Shown here piece by piece: positions 12,780 to 24,790 of a stretch of 64,000 nt of DNA. The stretch's first letter is position 1. Every line of letters begins with the position of its first letter. The DNA lies in contig NC_092387.1 of the NCBI RefSeq assembly GCF_030028105.1, positions 8,337,305 to 8,401,304 of the forward strand, read 5' to 3'. The DNA comes from Mobula birostris (lineage: Eukaryota). The notes below the pieces were generated by a model. The model did no database searches, had not been told where the DNA came from, and was given only the letters and a program-made list of their open reading frames with translations. The translations under genes were made by a program, and so were the position numbers.

Positions 12780-14555
12780 AGAAACTGACAGATACATTCC
12801 CAAATCAAAAGCCATGCATGAACCAGGAGGTCTGTAGTCTGCTGAGGGCGAGGTCTGTGCTTTCAAGTCTGGTGATCCAGGACTATACAAAAAGGCCAGG
12901 TACAACTTAAACCGGGCTATCTGAAACGCAGAACAATTCCGATCGAGGGCAGAGGTGGAATCGGAGGCACGTCAGCTCTGGCTGGGTTTGCAGGCCATCA
13001 CTTCCTACAAAGCAAAACCTAACATGACTGGCTGTGATGTTTTAATCCCAGACGAGCTCAACGCCTTTTATGCTTTGAAAGGGAGAGTAAGACCACAGCT
13101 ATGAGAATTCCTGCAGCACCTGGTGACCGTGACCTCTGTCAGAATGTCTTTCATGAGTGTGAACCCTCGCAAGGCAACAGGCCTCAGTGGAGTAGCTGGT
13201 ACGGCTCTGAAACCTGCACTAACCATCTGCCTGGGGTGTTCAAAGACATTTTCAATCTCTCACTGCTACAGTCAGAAGTTCCCACTTGCTCCAAAGGGGC
13301 AACAATTATCCCAGTGCCCAGGAAGAGCAGAGTGAGCTGCATTAATGACTATCGTCCAGTAGTGGTCACGTCTGTGGTCATGACTAGAATGAACTCCTGG
13401 CTCAGCAAGGACCTGGACCCACTGCAATTTGCCTATTGCCACAACACGTCTACAGCAGATACGATCTCATTAGCTCTTCACGTGGCCTTGGATCACCTGG
13501 ACAATACGAGTACTTACATCAGGTTGCTATTCATTAACTACAGCTCAGCATTTAACACAATTGTTCCTACAGTCCTGATGGCAAACCTCCAGAACATGGG
13601 CCTCTGTACCTCCCTCTGCAACTGGATCCTCGACTTCCTAACCGGAAAACCACAATCCGTGTGGATCAGCAACAACTTCTCCACCTCGCTGACAATCAAC
13701 ACTGACGTACCACAGGGGTGTGTGCTTAGCCCACTGCTCTACTCTCTCTACACCCAAGACTGAGTGGCCGGGCACAACTCAAACACCATCTATAAATTTG
13801 CTGATGATGCAACCATTGTTGTCAGAATCTCAGATGGTGATGAGAGGGCGTACAGGAGCGAAATAGATCACGTACTCAACATCAGTAAGACCAAAGAATT
13901 GATTGTGGACCTCAAGAAGGACAAGACAAGGGATCCCTCATCAATGGATCAGAAATGGAAAGATTGAGAAGTTTCAAGTTCCTAGGTGTCAACATCTCTG
14001 AGTATCTAACCTGGGCCCAACCTTATCAAGGCAGTTACAAAGAAGAATTGACAGTGGCTATATTTCATTAGGAGTTTGAGGAGATTTGGTAAGTTACCAA
14101 AAACACTCTGAAATGTCTATAGATTTACCATGAAAAGCATTCTAACATTGGGGGGGGGGGGTTGCTGTCAGGATCAAAATAAGCAGCAGGAAGCGTGAAA
14201 TCAGTCAGCTCCGTCATGGGCACCAGCCTCCCCAGCATCCAGGAGATCGTCAAGGAGCGATGCCTCAAAAAGGTGGCATCCATCGTTAATGGCGCCCATC
14301 ACCCAGGTCATGCCCTCTTCTCATTGCTACCATCAGGGAGGAGGTACAGGAGCCTGAAGGCACACACTCAATGATTCAGGAAGTTTCTTCCTCTCCACCA
14401 TCAGATTTATGAATGGACATTTAACCCGTGAACACCAACTCACTATTGTTTTCTTTTTTGCATTACTTATTTAACTAAACGCGTTTCTCACTGTAATTTT
14501 ATAGTATTATGTACCGCAGTGTACAGCTACCGAAAAACAACAAATTCCGATTCTG
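12780..14555 (+). mobile_element. Rex1/Babar LINE, degenerate RT
   Basis: [42 protein letters not shown]. Confidence 0.9.
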
Positions 14556-14959
14556 ATAAAGAGATCTGGAAAAATATTTTAAAACTGGATAGGGAGTCAA
14601 AGTACAGATAGCCCCACTACCTCCCCCCCCCACCACCACCCACACACACACACACACACACACCTCTTGCCCCCACCCCCCTGGGTTCCTGTGCTCACAA
14701 CCAGCCCTGTCCGTCATCCACACGCCCTGAATCCCCCGTTCCGGCTCCCTATCCCGTCTCCTTGTTCCACAATCCCACAGCTGTTCCTGCTCGCTTTTCC
14801 TCCCACCTCCCCTCCCCGGCTACTCCTAACCCCCCCCCCCCCAGTTCCTCACCCTCCTACACCTAGCTCCTCGCCCCTCTCTTCAAACCCTCTGCAAACT
14901 TCTCGCCCCCTACCCTTGCCCCTTCTGCTTAATCCCGTCCCTCTTCACTTCTATTCCTC

Positions 14960-15270
14960 CTTACCGTCGGGCTCGCCGCTCCGGGGGATTCGTCAGGTCG
15001 CTTCAGCGATCCCGAAGGTGAAGCAGCGGAGGGAGGACGGTGAGACGGTGGGGAGTGTTCGGGGTGGGAGACAAAGTTGGTCCGGTACCCCAACTTCGAA
15101 AAAGTTCAGGGATTCCAACGCCCGACGGGTAACTTACCCGGAAGTCGGCTGAGGGTCCGCTGAGTGACCCCGGGCGCCGCCTGCTGGCCTCCGGCGCAGT
15201 TGCAACGACAACGGCCGCATGCCAGTCCCCGGAACAGCGAGCCGCACTGAGCAGCAGCGGGCGTGTCCAA
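14960..15270 (-). promoter_or_regulatory. CIB1: CpG island promoter and probable non-coding first exon of CIB1 (exon ends at 15138)
   Basis: CpG-dense unique sequence; consensus donor CGG|GTAAGT at 15137-15132; ETS motif CCGGAAGT 15138-15145; X-box-like GTTGCAACGACAAC 15199-15212; the coding exon has an acceptor and so needs an upstream exon. Confidence 0.65.
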
Positions 15271-16319
15271 GTCCAGTTCAGTGTCACATCCGCAAACACA
15301 TGTCTGCACAGGTACAACAACACTTGCATCAGCACATAGTATCAGATGTACAACATTTAAAAGAAAACGTAAATTAAACAAATTATACTTACTTTTTACT
15401 CGAAAAAAACAAAGCCCATGATATCTGGCAACCACGATGAAAACGGAACGAATCCCCTGCGCATGGTCTCTCTCCCTCCATTTATTGCCTGTTTATGTAC
15501 CTGGCTAAATGCCTCTTAAATGTTGCTATCGGATGTGCTCGTATTAGTGTCTTCTTTTGCACAGCGTTTACCTCAATCTCTTGAGTAATTTATGTTATGT
15601 GTTGTCTGACTTTCGCCTGTGACCCCGCTCTGACAGTACCTCGCCGTACTTCTGCACATAACAATGAACACGACCCCGACAGCACTCCTGCCACTCTCTG
15701 TATAGGACAAAACACCGCGCTTTAAAGCTACACCCTCCACTATTTGACATTCTCACCCTGGGGAAGAGTTTCTGCCCCAACTGTGCGTCTCATTATTTTA
15801 TAAACTTCTGGAGTCAGAGGACAGAGATATGTTCTCCAGCTCACCCCGTCCATCCGAACCATCAAACACACATCAATGACAATATTTGATACATATGCCT
15901 CGGTAATCCAAGATCCCAGCTTCGGAACAGAGGGACGTTCCTTTAGAACAGAGATGCGGGGGGATTTCTTTAGCCAGAGGGTGGAGAATTCATTCGTTGT
16001 CACAGACGGCTGTGGAGACCATGTCACTGAGCACAGATACGAAAAGCGGAGGTCGATGGGCTCTTGATTAGTAAGCGCGTCAGAGATTCTGGGCAGAAGG
16101 CAGGAGAATGGGGCTGAGACGGATAATAAATCAGCCATGATTGCATGGCCAAACAGACTCGATGGGCCGAATGGCCTAATTAAGTTCTTACGTGTTATGA
16201 TCTTATTGCAACACTTCTCACCGCCCTCTCAGGACGTGCGTGACAAACTACCCCGCAGGCAATAATTTCATCTCAGCTCCTCTCTGAACCCTGCGATATA
16301 CTTCACAAACACGGAATAG

Positions 16320-16985
16320 TCTACTGATGCTGGGAATCCGAAGCAATACAAAATACACACAAAATACTGGAGGAGCTCAGCGGGCTCGGCAGTTTCTATG
16401 GAAACGAGTAAACAGTCGACAATTCAGGCCGAGGCCTTTCATCAGGACTGGGAAAGAGGGGGAGAAGTCGGAGTAGGAAGATGGGGTGGGGTGGGGTACA
16501 AGGCGGTAGGTGATCGGTGAAACCGGGGAAGGGGGAGGGGTGAAGTAACCAGCTGGGAGGTTGCTTGGTGAAAGAGATACAGGGCTGGAGGAGGAGAGGG
16601 TAGAAGACCATGGAAGAGAGGGAAGGGGAGGAGCACCAGGGTAAGGAGATGAGGTGAGAGAGGGAAACAGGAATCAGGAATGGGGACTGGGGAATGGTGA
16701 ATGGTGAATGGGGAAGGGGGAAGGGGGAAGGGGAAGGATGGGCGATGGGGAGCAACTACCGGAAGTTTGAGAAATCGGAGTTCAGGCTGGAGTCTGCCCA
16801 GGCAGAATATAAGATGTTGCTCTTCCAACCTGCGTGTGGCCTCATCGTGACAGTAAAGGACGCCATGGACCGACATGTCGGAATGGGAATGGGAATGCGA
16901 AGTAGAATAAAAAATGGGTAGCCACCGGGAAGTCCCACTTTTTGTGGCGGATGGAGCGGGGTGGCTCGACGAAGCGACCTCCTAA
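16320..16985 (-). mobile_element. Penelope-like element fragment (endonuclease C-terminus plus pseudo-LTR)
   Basis: RRLEEQHLIFCLGRLQP; gatgctg..ctccagca terminal motif; hammerhead-like core at 16413-16450. Confidence 0.8.
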
Positions 16986-17351
16986 TATACTTTCTAATTT
17001 TAGGCAGCTCTCAACGGAATCTGACCACTTTCTCGATCTACATACTGTACCTCACAATTCTTTACCATTTCAATCAGATTCTCCTAGAGATGAAGGTTCG
17101 CCAACCCAAAATATTAACTTTCCATATCGCACTGAATTCTGTTTGATGTTTGTTTCAGATTTCCACTATCTACACTTGTTTTTATAATTGTTCCTCCTGT
17201 GCTCCAGGGAAAAGGAATCCCAGCTCTCTGTTCCCTCCGGGCAGCGGACACGTTCCCCTCCTCACTACATTCCGGCCCTACCCGAGGATCGGCACCTTGT
17301 CTGGTGAAGAGGTTTGTGAGTTCCAGAGATCTGGCGCCTAGCTCCTGGTAG

Positions 17352-17670
17352 AATCACCCAGGGAGACAGATTCACCTGGGCAGATACATTCACCCGGGGA
17401 GATAGAGTCACTCAGGGAGAGAGAGTCACCCGGGGAGAGAGAGTCACCCGGGGGAGATAGAGTTACCAGGGGGGATAGAGTCACCCGGGGAGATAAGGTC
17501 ACCCGTGGGGATGGGGTCACTCAGGGAGATAGGGTCACTCTGGGAGATAGGGTCACCCGGGGAGATAGAGTCACCCGGAGGAGATAGGGTCACCCGGGGA
17601 GACAGGGTCACTCGGGGAGATAGAGTCACCTGGGGAGATAAGGTCACCCGGGGGATGGGGTCACCCACGG
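17352..17670. repeat. Minisatellite, 18-20 bp unit (gggagatagagtcacccg)
   Basis: About 16-17 tandem variant units visible directly. Confidence 0.92.
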
Positions 17671-19175
17671 AGACAGAGTCAAAGGGGAGGTTCCAGACAG
17701 CGATTCAACGGTGGAGCTGGCGGAAGATGTTGACACAGGAAACCGTCCTCGGTCAAGTTGCATTCTATGCCCCTGGTCTGTCCGCGACCACGCAGAGCCC
17801 TTCTCCATTAAGGGAATGAATGCATCCTCGCATCCCGGTTCTGTCGGTCCCGACCGGGCTGAACAGCCACGAGAGGACCCAGCAAAAGAACATCATACTC
17901 GACCCGAGTGTTCCCTGTCCCGCGCAACCACATCCTTCCGATAGTGTGGTGACCAGAACTGCACACAATGCTCCGACTGTGGTCTGATGTTTGAGAAAGT
18001 TGTACTATAACTTCCCTGCTGTAGCAGTCTATCCCCGGCTAATGAAGGTAAATATTTCATACCCTCAGGGATCCTTGGACTGGCTTTGTACACCAAGTCC
18101 CCGTTCTTCCTTAATATAATAAGCACTTTATTGACCCGAGTGAGAAATTCCTTCATTACAACAGCAACATTTAAAAACACATTTAACAGTGTGGAGACTT
18201 AATAATACATTACAGAATAATAATATACACTATAATTTACCAATGTGCAATTATAATGTATGAAGTAATAAAACAGAGACTATTGCACTGTGATGTATGT
18301 TCTTGCATTTGGTAGGAAGGATTTTCTGTAACGATCCCTGTGGCAGCAGAGCTGAATGAGCCTGTTTGAAAGATGCTCCACTGCTTATTCAGTCGGTCAT
18401 GGAGAGGATGTGCCAGATTGTCCATAACAGGTAAGTTTGCTTAGTGACCTCCTCTCCACCACTAACTCAGAAGAGTCCGGCCGGTATCCAAGGACGGATC
18501 CAGCCTTTTTGATGAGTTGATATTAAATACGCAGGGACCAAAGAGGTTTAACGTGTGCGGCTATTCCCTAAACTGCCAACCCTCATCCTGCCCCGTGGGA
18601 AGGCATTAGGCATTACGAAATATGGTGCATTTTGGTCCAGTTGTGGAGAACCAAAAAAAAATTGACTTGACAAGTTCCAGGTAGATTTTCTAACGAGAAC
18701 ACTGTACATAGAAACAGCGCCACCAGCTATCGGGAGATGGCATTGTATTTAAAATGTACGGTGCGTTGGGGCCTCATTTCACCATGAAAGGCGCTGCAGA
18801 AATCTAAGCCTTTACATAACATGTTGACGAAATATATACACCTCAGCGGTGAAAATTGTCATAGAATAGGCCAGCCATTTGGTCCACGAGGCTGTGCCAA
18901 TTTATACAGTGTCCTCCTATACATCATCCACACTCCCCCAGTCTTCACATTCTTGTGACTTAAATTTCACCAAACTGTCTGCTTCTGCTGCTCGTTACCT
19001 CAGTAATCCATCCTGCACAAAAAAACCTTGCCCCTCACGTCGCCTTTAAATTTCCCTTCCCTAGCTTGTTTTTGACATGTCTACCCTGGGGAAAAGATTC
19101 TGTCTGCCTACCCTATCTATACCTCTCGTTATTTTAATTATCTCTAGCAGGTCTGTCAGCCCCAGTGCCCTGGGG

Positions 19176-19254
19176 TAGGGGTTCCCAAACTGTTTTATGC
19201 CATGAACCCCTACAATTAACCGAGGGGTCCATGAACCCCAGGTTGTGAACCCTG
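19176..19254. mobile_element. Short hAT/Charlie-type MITE (related copy near 25128-25195)
   Basis: Inverted termini taggggttcccaaact / aggttgtgaaccctg; target duplication not clear. Confidence 0.6.
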
Positions 19255-20339
19255 CTATATGGTTTGTTCATCTTCTCATTACAGCTCTTACCCTTCAATT
19301 CAGGCAACACCTGGTAAACCTCAGAATTAGCTTTATCACTGACATGACATTTGCTGTTTTGCTTGACAGTACAGTGAAATACATACAGTAAAAATATTTT
19401 TTTGAAAACTAATTCAAAAAGAGAGCGAAATAGTGACGTCGTGTTCACGGACACGGAAAAATTTCGTTGTTCCTAAAACACAGAGTGTGTGCCTTCACTC
19501 TCTCATACCTTCTCCCTGATGGTAATCTTTGGTAGTGTAGTTGTTAACACAATGCTTTTCAGTACAAGTGACCCAGGTTCAATTCCTGCCACTGCCTGTA
19601 AGCAGTTTGTACGTCTACCCTGTGGGTTTCCTCCCACATAAAGACATATCAGTTAATTGATCACTGGAAATTACCTCATGACCAGGGTAGTGTTAGATTA
19701 GGGGACTGTTGGGCAGTGTGGCTCCAAACCTTATGTCTCGATATATAAAAATATTTCAATAAAAATAGAAATGTTTAAAACTTCACTCACCTCAATTCTG
19801 AACGGATTCCACAACACAAAAACTCACTTTCAATGACTACAACTCATGTTCTCAATTTTATTTATTTATCATTGTTTTCTGCTTTTGCACAGTGGTTATT
19901 TATCAGTCTTTGCTTATGCGTAGTTTTCATTGATTCTATTGTACTTTATTCTACTGCAAATACCTGCAAGAAAATGAATCTCAGGGTTTTATGGTGACAA
20001 TGATTAATATAATCTGAATTTGCGGTTTTGTTGGCTCAGTAAGTTTTTATTTTGGAATGACATTACAGTATACCAAGGCCACATCTTTCCCTTGTGGATG
20101 TAAATACTGCCAATATTTATTTCCTTTAATACACATTACTGATGGGACTTAGTTGTAATGCATGGCCCCCAGTGACTATACTTCCAAAGTATTGAATTGG
20201 CTGGAACGTGTACTGGGACAGTCAGGGCTCATGCAACAGTAGAGAATGTGAGGTAGCCACTGTCCCCAGGCAGGAAGACCATGCAAAATTCCCCACGGTC
20301 CTGGCTTCAGACAACCATCACAAGAAACAAACCAGTCAT

Positions 20340-21530
20340 TTACTGAATTGCGTAACAGTTCAGATGGATTGCTGAGCTTTTCAAATGTTAAGTTCTGGTC
20401 ACCTACCTGCAGGAAAGATGTCAAGTTCTGTTCATTTAGAAATTCAAGTATATTGTGTGCAGCACATTACAGGAAGGACGTGGAGGCTCTGGAAGAGGTG
20501 TCAGCCGGATTAGGGAGTATTAGCTGCAAAGGTTGGACAAACTTTGTTTACTCTGGAACACCAGAAGCTGATGGTGAACTGACAGAAGTGGATAAAATAA
20601 TGAGAACCATAGATAGGGTAGATAGTCAGAACCTCCATATCTGGAATATTGAGAGATGTTTTGGGCCCCAAATCCAAGGAAGGACGTGATGGTGTTAGAG
20701 AGGGTTCAGAGGTGGTTTTTGAAGACAATACTGGGAATAAAATGGTTAACATACAACAATCGTTTGATGGCTCTAGGCCTGTACTCACTGTGGGGGCCAG
20801 GGAAAGAGAATCTCATTGAAACCCATCCAATATCGAAAAGCTCGGATAGAATGAGCACGGACAGGATGTTTACAATAGTGGGGAGTCTAGGACCAGAGGG
20901 CACAGCATCAGAATAAAGGAATGTCCTTTAGAACAGAGACGATGATACATTTTTTTAGCAACAGGGTGGTGATTCTGCAGATGGAGATCCATGAAGGTCA
21001 AGTTATTGGGTATATTTAAAGCAGAGGTTTATAAGTACTCAAGACGTCAAAGGTTACAAGGAGAATGGGATTTTGAGGGGAAAAAATGAATCGGCCATGA
21101 TGAAAGCGACTCAGTAGATTGAATGGCCTAATTCTGCTCCTGTGCCTTATGGTCTTATTCCCAAAGCAGGAACAGTAAGTACTAGAGAACATAACTTCAC
21201 GGTGAGAGGAAGAGTGTTTGAATGGCCTAATTCTGCTCCCATGTCTTAAGGTCTTGTTCCCAAAGTAGGAACGGTAAATACTAACGAGCATAGCTTTACG
21301 GTGAGTGGGAGTGTTTGACACAGATGTATGAGGGAAGTTTATTTTACACAGAGAGGGATAGGTACACTGTCAGGTCAGGGGAGGTGGTGGAAGAGGTTAA
21401 AACAGAAACACTTAAAAGGCACGTGAATTCACATACAGACACGTAAATGATAGATCATATGTGGAGTTTAAATTGGCATCGAGGTCAGCACAAACACTGT
21501 GGGCCGAAGGGCTCTGTTCTATGTATTATT
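20340..21530 (+). mobile_element. Stacked CR1 3' fragments
   Basis: FWSPTCRKDV, HYRKDVEALE and FWAPNPRKDVMVLERVQR fragments with several CR1 tails. Confidence 0.75.
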
Positions 21531-23527
21531 GTATTAATTTGGCGATGTGTCATTGACATGAAACACTAAGTGTCTCTCTGCAGATGCTGCCTGACCTGCT
21601 GAATACCTGCAGCACTGTCCATATTTCTTCCATGTTTCCAGCATCCGCAGCTCTTAAATTGTCAAACACAGTCCTCATACAGATTGTTAGAAACAGTCTT
21701 CATTTGTAGGTACCTGGTTCCCTAGCTGATATACCAGCTTTGAACAATTGGGTGTAAAAGAACTGAAGGTGTCCAAAGTCTAAAACAAAAATCAGAAAAT
21801 TCCAAAAATGCTCAGCTCAGACTTCATCCTTGCAACAAAAAAAAAGCCTTCCCGCCTGAAGCACAGCCGGTTTCTCTTACCACAGAAGCAGCCTGACCCA
21901 TTGAGTATTTCTAGGTAGTCTATTTGCAAACAAAGGCGTGCAGCAGCCAACAGGAGGTGAATTTCCTCCAACAGAGTTGCTTCCATGTTACCATATCATT
22001 CAAGTATTTCCGTGGGTAGCAGTCCAAATGCCTCAACATCAACCCAATGTCAAACTCATGAGATCTCGGAAAACGCAGGCGGCCAGAGGTTTCCGGTCCG
22101 ACACTGAGCCAGCCTGCTCCACAGAGGCCCAAAGGTAACCTGCTGGACTGGAACCTCAGGGTGCTTCCGTCAATTCCAGCATCAGCTCACCAACTCTTTT
22201 AGTTCCTAGAGCAGTTCAAACTGAGGCACCCAGAGCCACGTTAAGGCCCCGACTTCAAGCTCAAAGGTTGATTGATATAAATAACTCATTTACACATCTC
22301 CACACAGGATGGTCCAGCCTGTGTGTTTGTCTTGCAGTAACCCTGGAGATAATGTTTCCTGTCTCTCTGCTGAGCTTTAGCTGTCCCGATGTTGATATTA
22401 TTTCCAATTTACAGCCAGAGAAGTATTTTCATCCGGAAATTCCCGATTGTCAGCAGTGACCCAGGTCCAGTCGGCTTCATTCCAAGATCAGCAGTGGACC
22501 GGAAGTAGAGAGGGCAGCCAATGCTTTCCCCCAAGGAAGCAGCAGCCAATACCAGAGCACATCCTTTTAAGGTGAGCGGAGGAAAGGTCAAAGTTTTCTT
22601 TATAAAACACACATGAAGTGGGAGGTGTGTGGAATGACGAGGTGGGGGTAGGGGCTAATATATTAGGGAAATTTAAGGAACTGTTAGGTAGGCACATGGA
22701 TGAAAGCAAAATGGAGGACCATGGGAGGGAAGGGTTAAGTTAATTGTGCAGAGGGTTAAAACATCAGCACAACATGCACTGTTTTATGTTCTATTCCAGC
22801 AGCGGGAGAGCAGGCATGCCAACCACCCGGGAAACACAGGAGATGGCTGATAGTGGAAATATGGAGCAAAGAGCAGGAGGAACTCAGCTGGTCAGTCAGC
22901 ATCTGTGGAAGGAAATGAACAAGAGAGTCCCGACAAAGGGTCTCGACCTGAAACATTGACTACCCATTTCCCTCCATAGATGCTACCTGATCTGCTGAAT
23001 TTCTCCAGCAACCTTGCAAGTCACAACCACCACTCTGACTGTTTGGGGTAGGTGAGACTAGCAGGGGAAGAGTTTTTCCTGAGGAATGTGGGGGTGGTGA
23101 TAGGAAAGTGGATAGATTCATCGGTGACTTTAGAGATACAGCATGGTTTGGGCACTTCTAGCCTTTCAAGTAGTGCATCAACCCACCAATTTAACCCTAG
23201 CCTAATCACGGGACAATTTACAATGACCAATTAACCTATGACTTTGAACTGTGGGAAGAAACCAGGGCCCACAGAGGAAACCCACATGCACATGGATAGA
23301 AAAGACGTACAAACGTCTTACAGAGGACGCCAGGACTGAACCCCAAAGTCCCGAAGTGTAATAACGCCACGCTAACCGCCCCATGCCGTAGGACAGGATT
23401 AGACGGGCCGAGTGGCCTCGTTCTGTTCCCCTTTTGCTGGGAGGCAGAGGGGCCGTGGCCGGGGGTACCGGGAGGGGTGAGGGGTGACAGGATAACGGGA
23501 AGCAGCCGCACTGGGTGCACTGTGGGT

Positions 23528-24652
23528 TCAGGGCAGCGGCAGCGCCGCTATCTCGGCGCACAGCCGTGAGAAGTGCTCGGCGGGCAGCTGCTCCTCGCCG
23601 ATGGCCCGCAGCGCCGACTCCTCGGTCAGGCTCTCGAAGTGCCGGGCCGTCTTGACGGGCAGGAAGCCGGCCAGCTCGCAGACGGCCACGTTGAAGGCCG
23701 ACTCGTCCTTGGCACCGAAGCAGGGAGTGCGCGGCCACACGATGAGCCGCACGCCGTCCCGGCTCTCGGGCCCGGGCCCGGGCCCCGGCCCCGGCCCCGG
23801 CCCCAGCGGGCAGCCGCGGCTCACCAGCAGGTTGTGGGCGAGCGAGCGGCGCAGCAGCAGGTCGCTGACGGCCAGCAGCGTGTCCGCCACCTCGGCGCGG
23901 TCGCGGGCTCGGCCGCCCGAGTAGAGCGCCAGCCCCCGGGTGTAGTGGCCGCAGAGCCGGTGGAGCCGGGCCCCGACGCCGGCCTCGCCCAGCGGCTCGG
24001 TGGGCACGGACTCCACCTGCAGCCGGTGCGGCAGGTAGAAGCCGTGCAGGTGCAGGTGGTTGACGGAGGCGAAGGCGCCCAGGCTGTTGAAGCCGACCCG
24101 GAAGGCGGGCTCGGAGCTCAGGAAGACCAGCTCGAGGGCCCGGAGCACCGCGGCTCGAGTCAGGGCCTGCGGCCGCAGCAGCTCGGGCTCGGGCAGCAGC
24201 AGGACGTGGCCGTAGGCCAGGGGGCTGACGTTGATTATCAACAGGGCCTCGGCACCGCCGGCCTCGGGGCTCGGGCTCGGGCGCAGGCGGAAGAGGAGCT
24301 CCCGGCGTGGGACGCGGCTGAAGTTGAAGCGCTGCGGGTCGAAGGGCTGCCGCACGCTGAGGATCTCCTGAGGCTTGCGGCGCTCGGTGGCCCGCCGGAC
24401 GTTGAGCTGCGCCAGCAGGCGGCACCTCCCCGGCAGCTCCCGCACCGGCAGCTCGGGCTCCCACAGCCGGTAACGGAAGCAGCCGGCTCGCATCCTCCGC
24501 TCCCAGGCCAAGCGCAGCGCCTCGTCGAAGCGGGAGTCGGGCCGCGCTCCATCCCAGCGGATGCCGCTCCGCATCAGGTCTCGCTCCGTGTAGACGAAGT
24601 CGGGCTCGGGCTCCGGCTCAGGCCTCGGTCTTTCCTGCTCTTGCTCTCCCAT
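23528..24652 (-). CDS. GDPGP1: GDP-D-glucose phosphorylase 1 (HIT family), single coding exon, 374 aa
   Basis: HIT motif FNSLGAFASVNHLHLHG; PDFVY, FRYRL, AQLN, FDPQRFNF, INVSPL.YGHVLL, HNL and FNVAVCELAG blocks; ATG to TGA intact. Confidence 0.97.
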   Translation of the reverse strand: MGEQEQERPRPEPEPEPDFVYTERDLMRSGIRWDGARPDSRFDEALRLAWERRMRAGCFRYRLWEPELPVRELPGRCRLLAQLNVRRATERRKPQEILSVRQPFDPQRFNFSRVPRRELLFRLRPSPSPEAGGAEALLIINVSPLAYGHVLLLPEPELLRPQALTRAAVLRALELVFLSSEPAFRVGFNSLGAFASVNHLHLHGFYLPHRLQVESVPTEPLGEAGVGARLHRLCGHYTRGLALYSGGRARDRAEVADTLLAVSDLLLRRSLAHNLLVSRGCPLGPGPGPGPGPGPESRDGVRLIVWPRTPCFGAKDESAFNVAVCELAGFLPVKTARHFESLTEESALRAIGEEQLPAEHFSRLCAEIAALPLP

Positions 24653-24790
24653 CAGAACGGATCCCGGACCGGGCTCGCAGCCTGCCGCCAGCCCGCGACG
24701 TCATCGCCACGCCTCCTGTTTCCATGGTTTCCAGGTCGCCCAGGACAGCGCCTGCGCACTCTCCCAGCGGGAATTCAAACCATTCCAGTG
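24653..24790 (-). promoter_or_regulatory. GDPGP1: GDPGP1 proximal promoter / 5' UTR
   Basis: CRE-like CGACGTCA 24696-24703; X-box-like GTTTCCATGGTTTC 24718-24731; NRF1-like GCGCCTGCGCA 24748-24758; the CpG island ends here. Confidence 0.6.

Noticed and set aside
14667-15152. 161-aa proline-rich ORF
   Set aside because: Translation of a C/T-rich low-complexity tract on the non-coding strand next to the CIB1 promoter
17352-17670. CRISPR-like array (also considered for 54095-54900 and 59307-59485)
   Set aside because: Head-to-tail repeats without unique spacers, no cas genes, vertebrate context
21936-22134. Plus-strand exon ending AAG|GTAACC downstream of GDPGP1
   Set aside because: Weak acceptor, no homology and no partner exons; insufficient support
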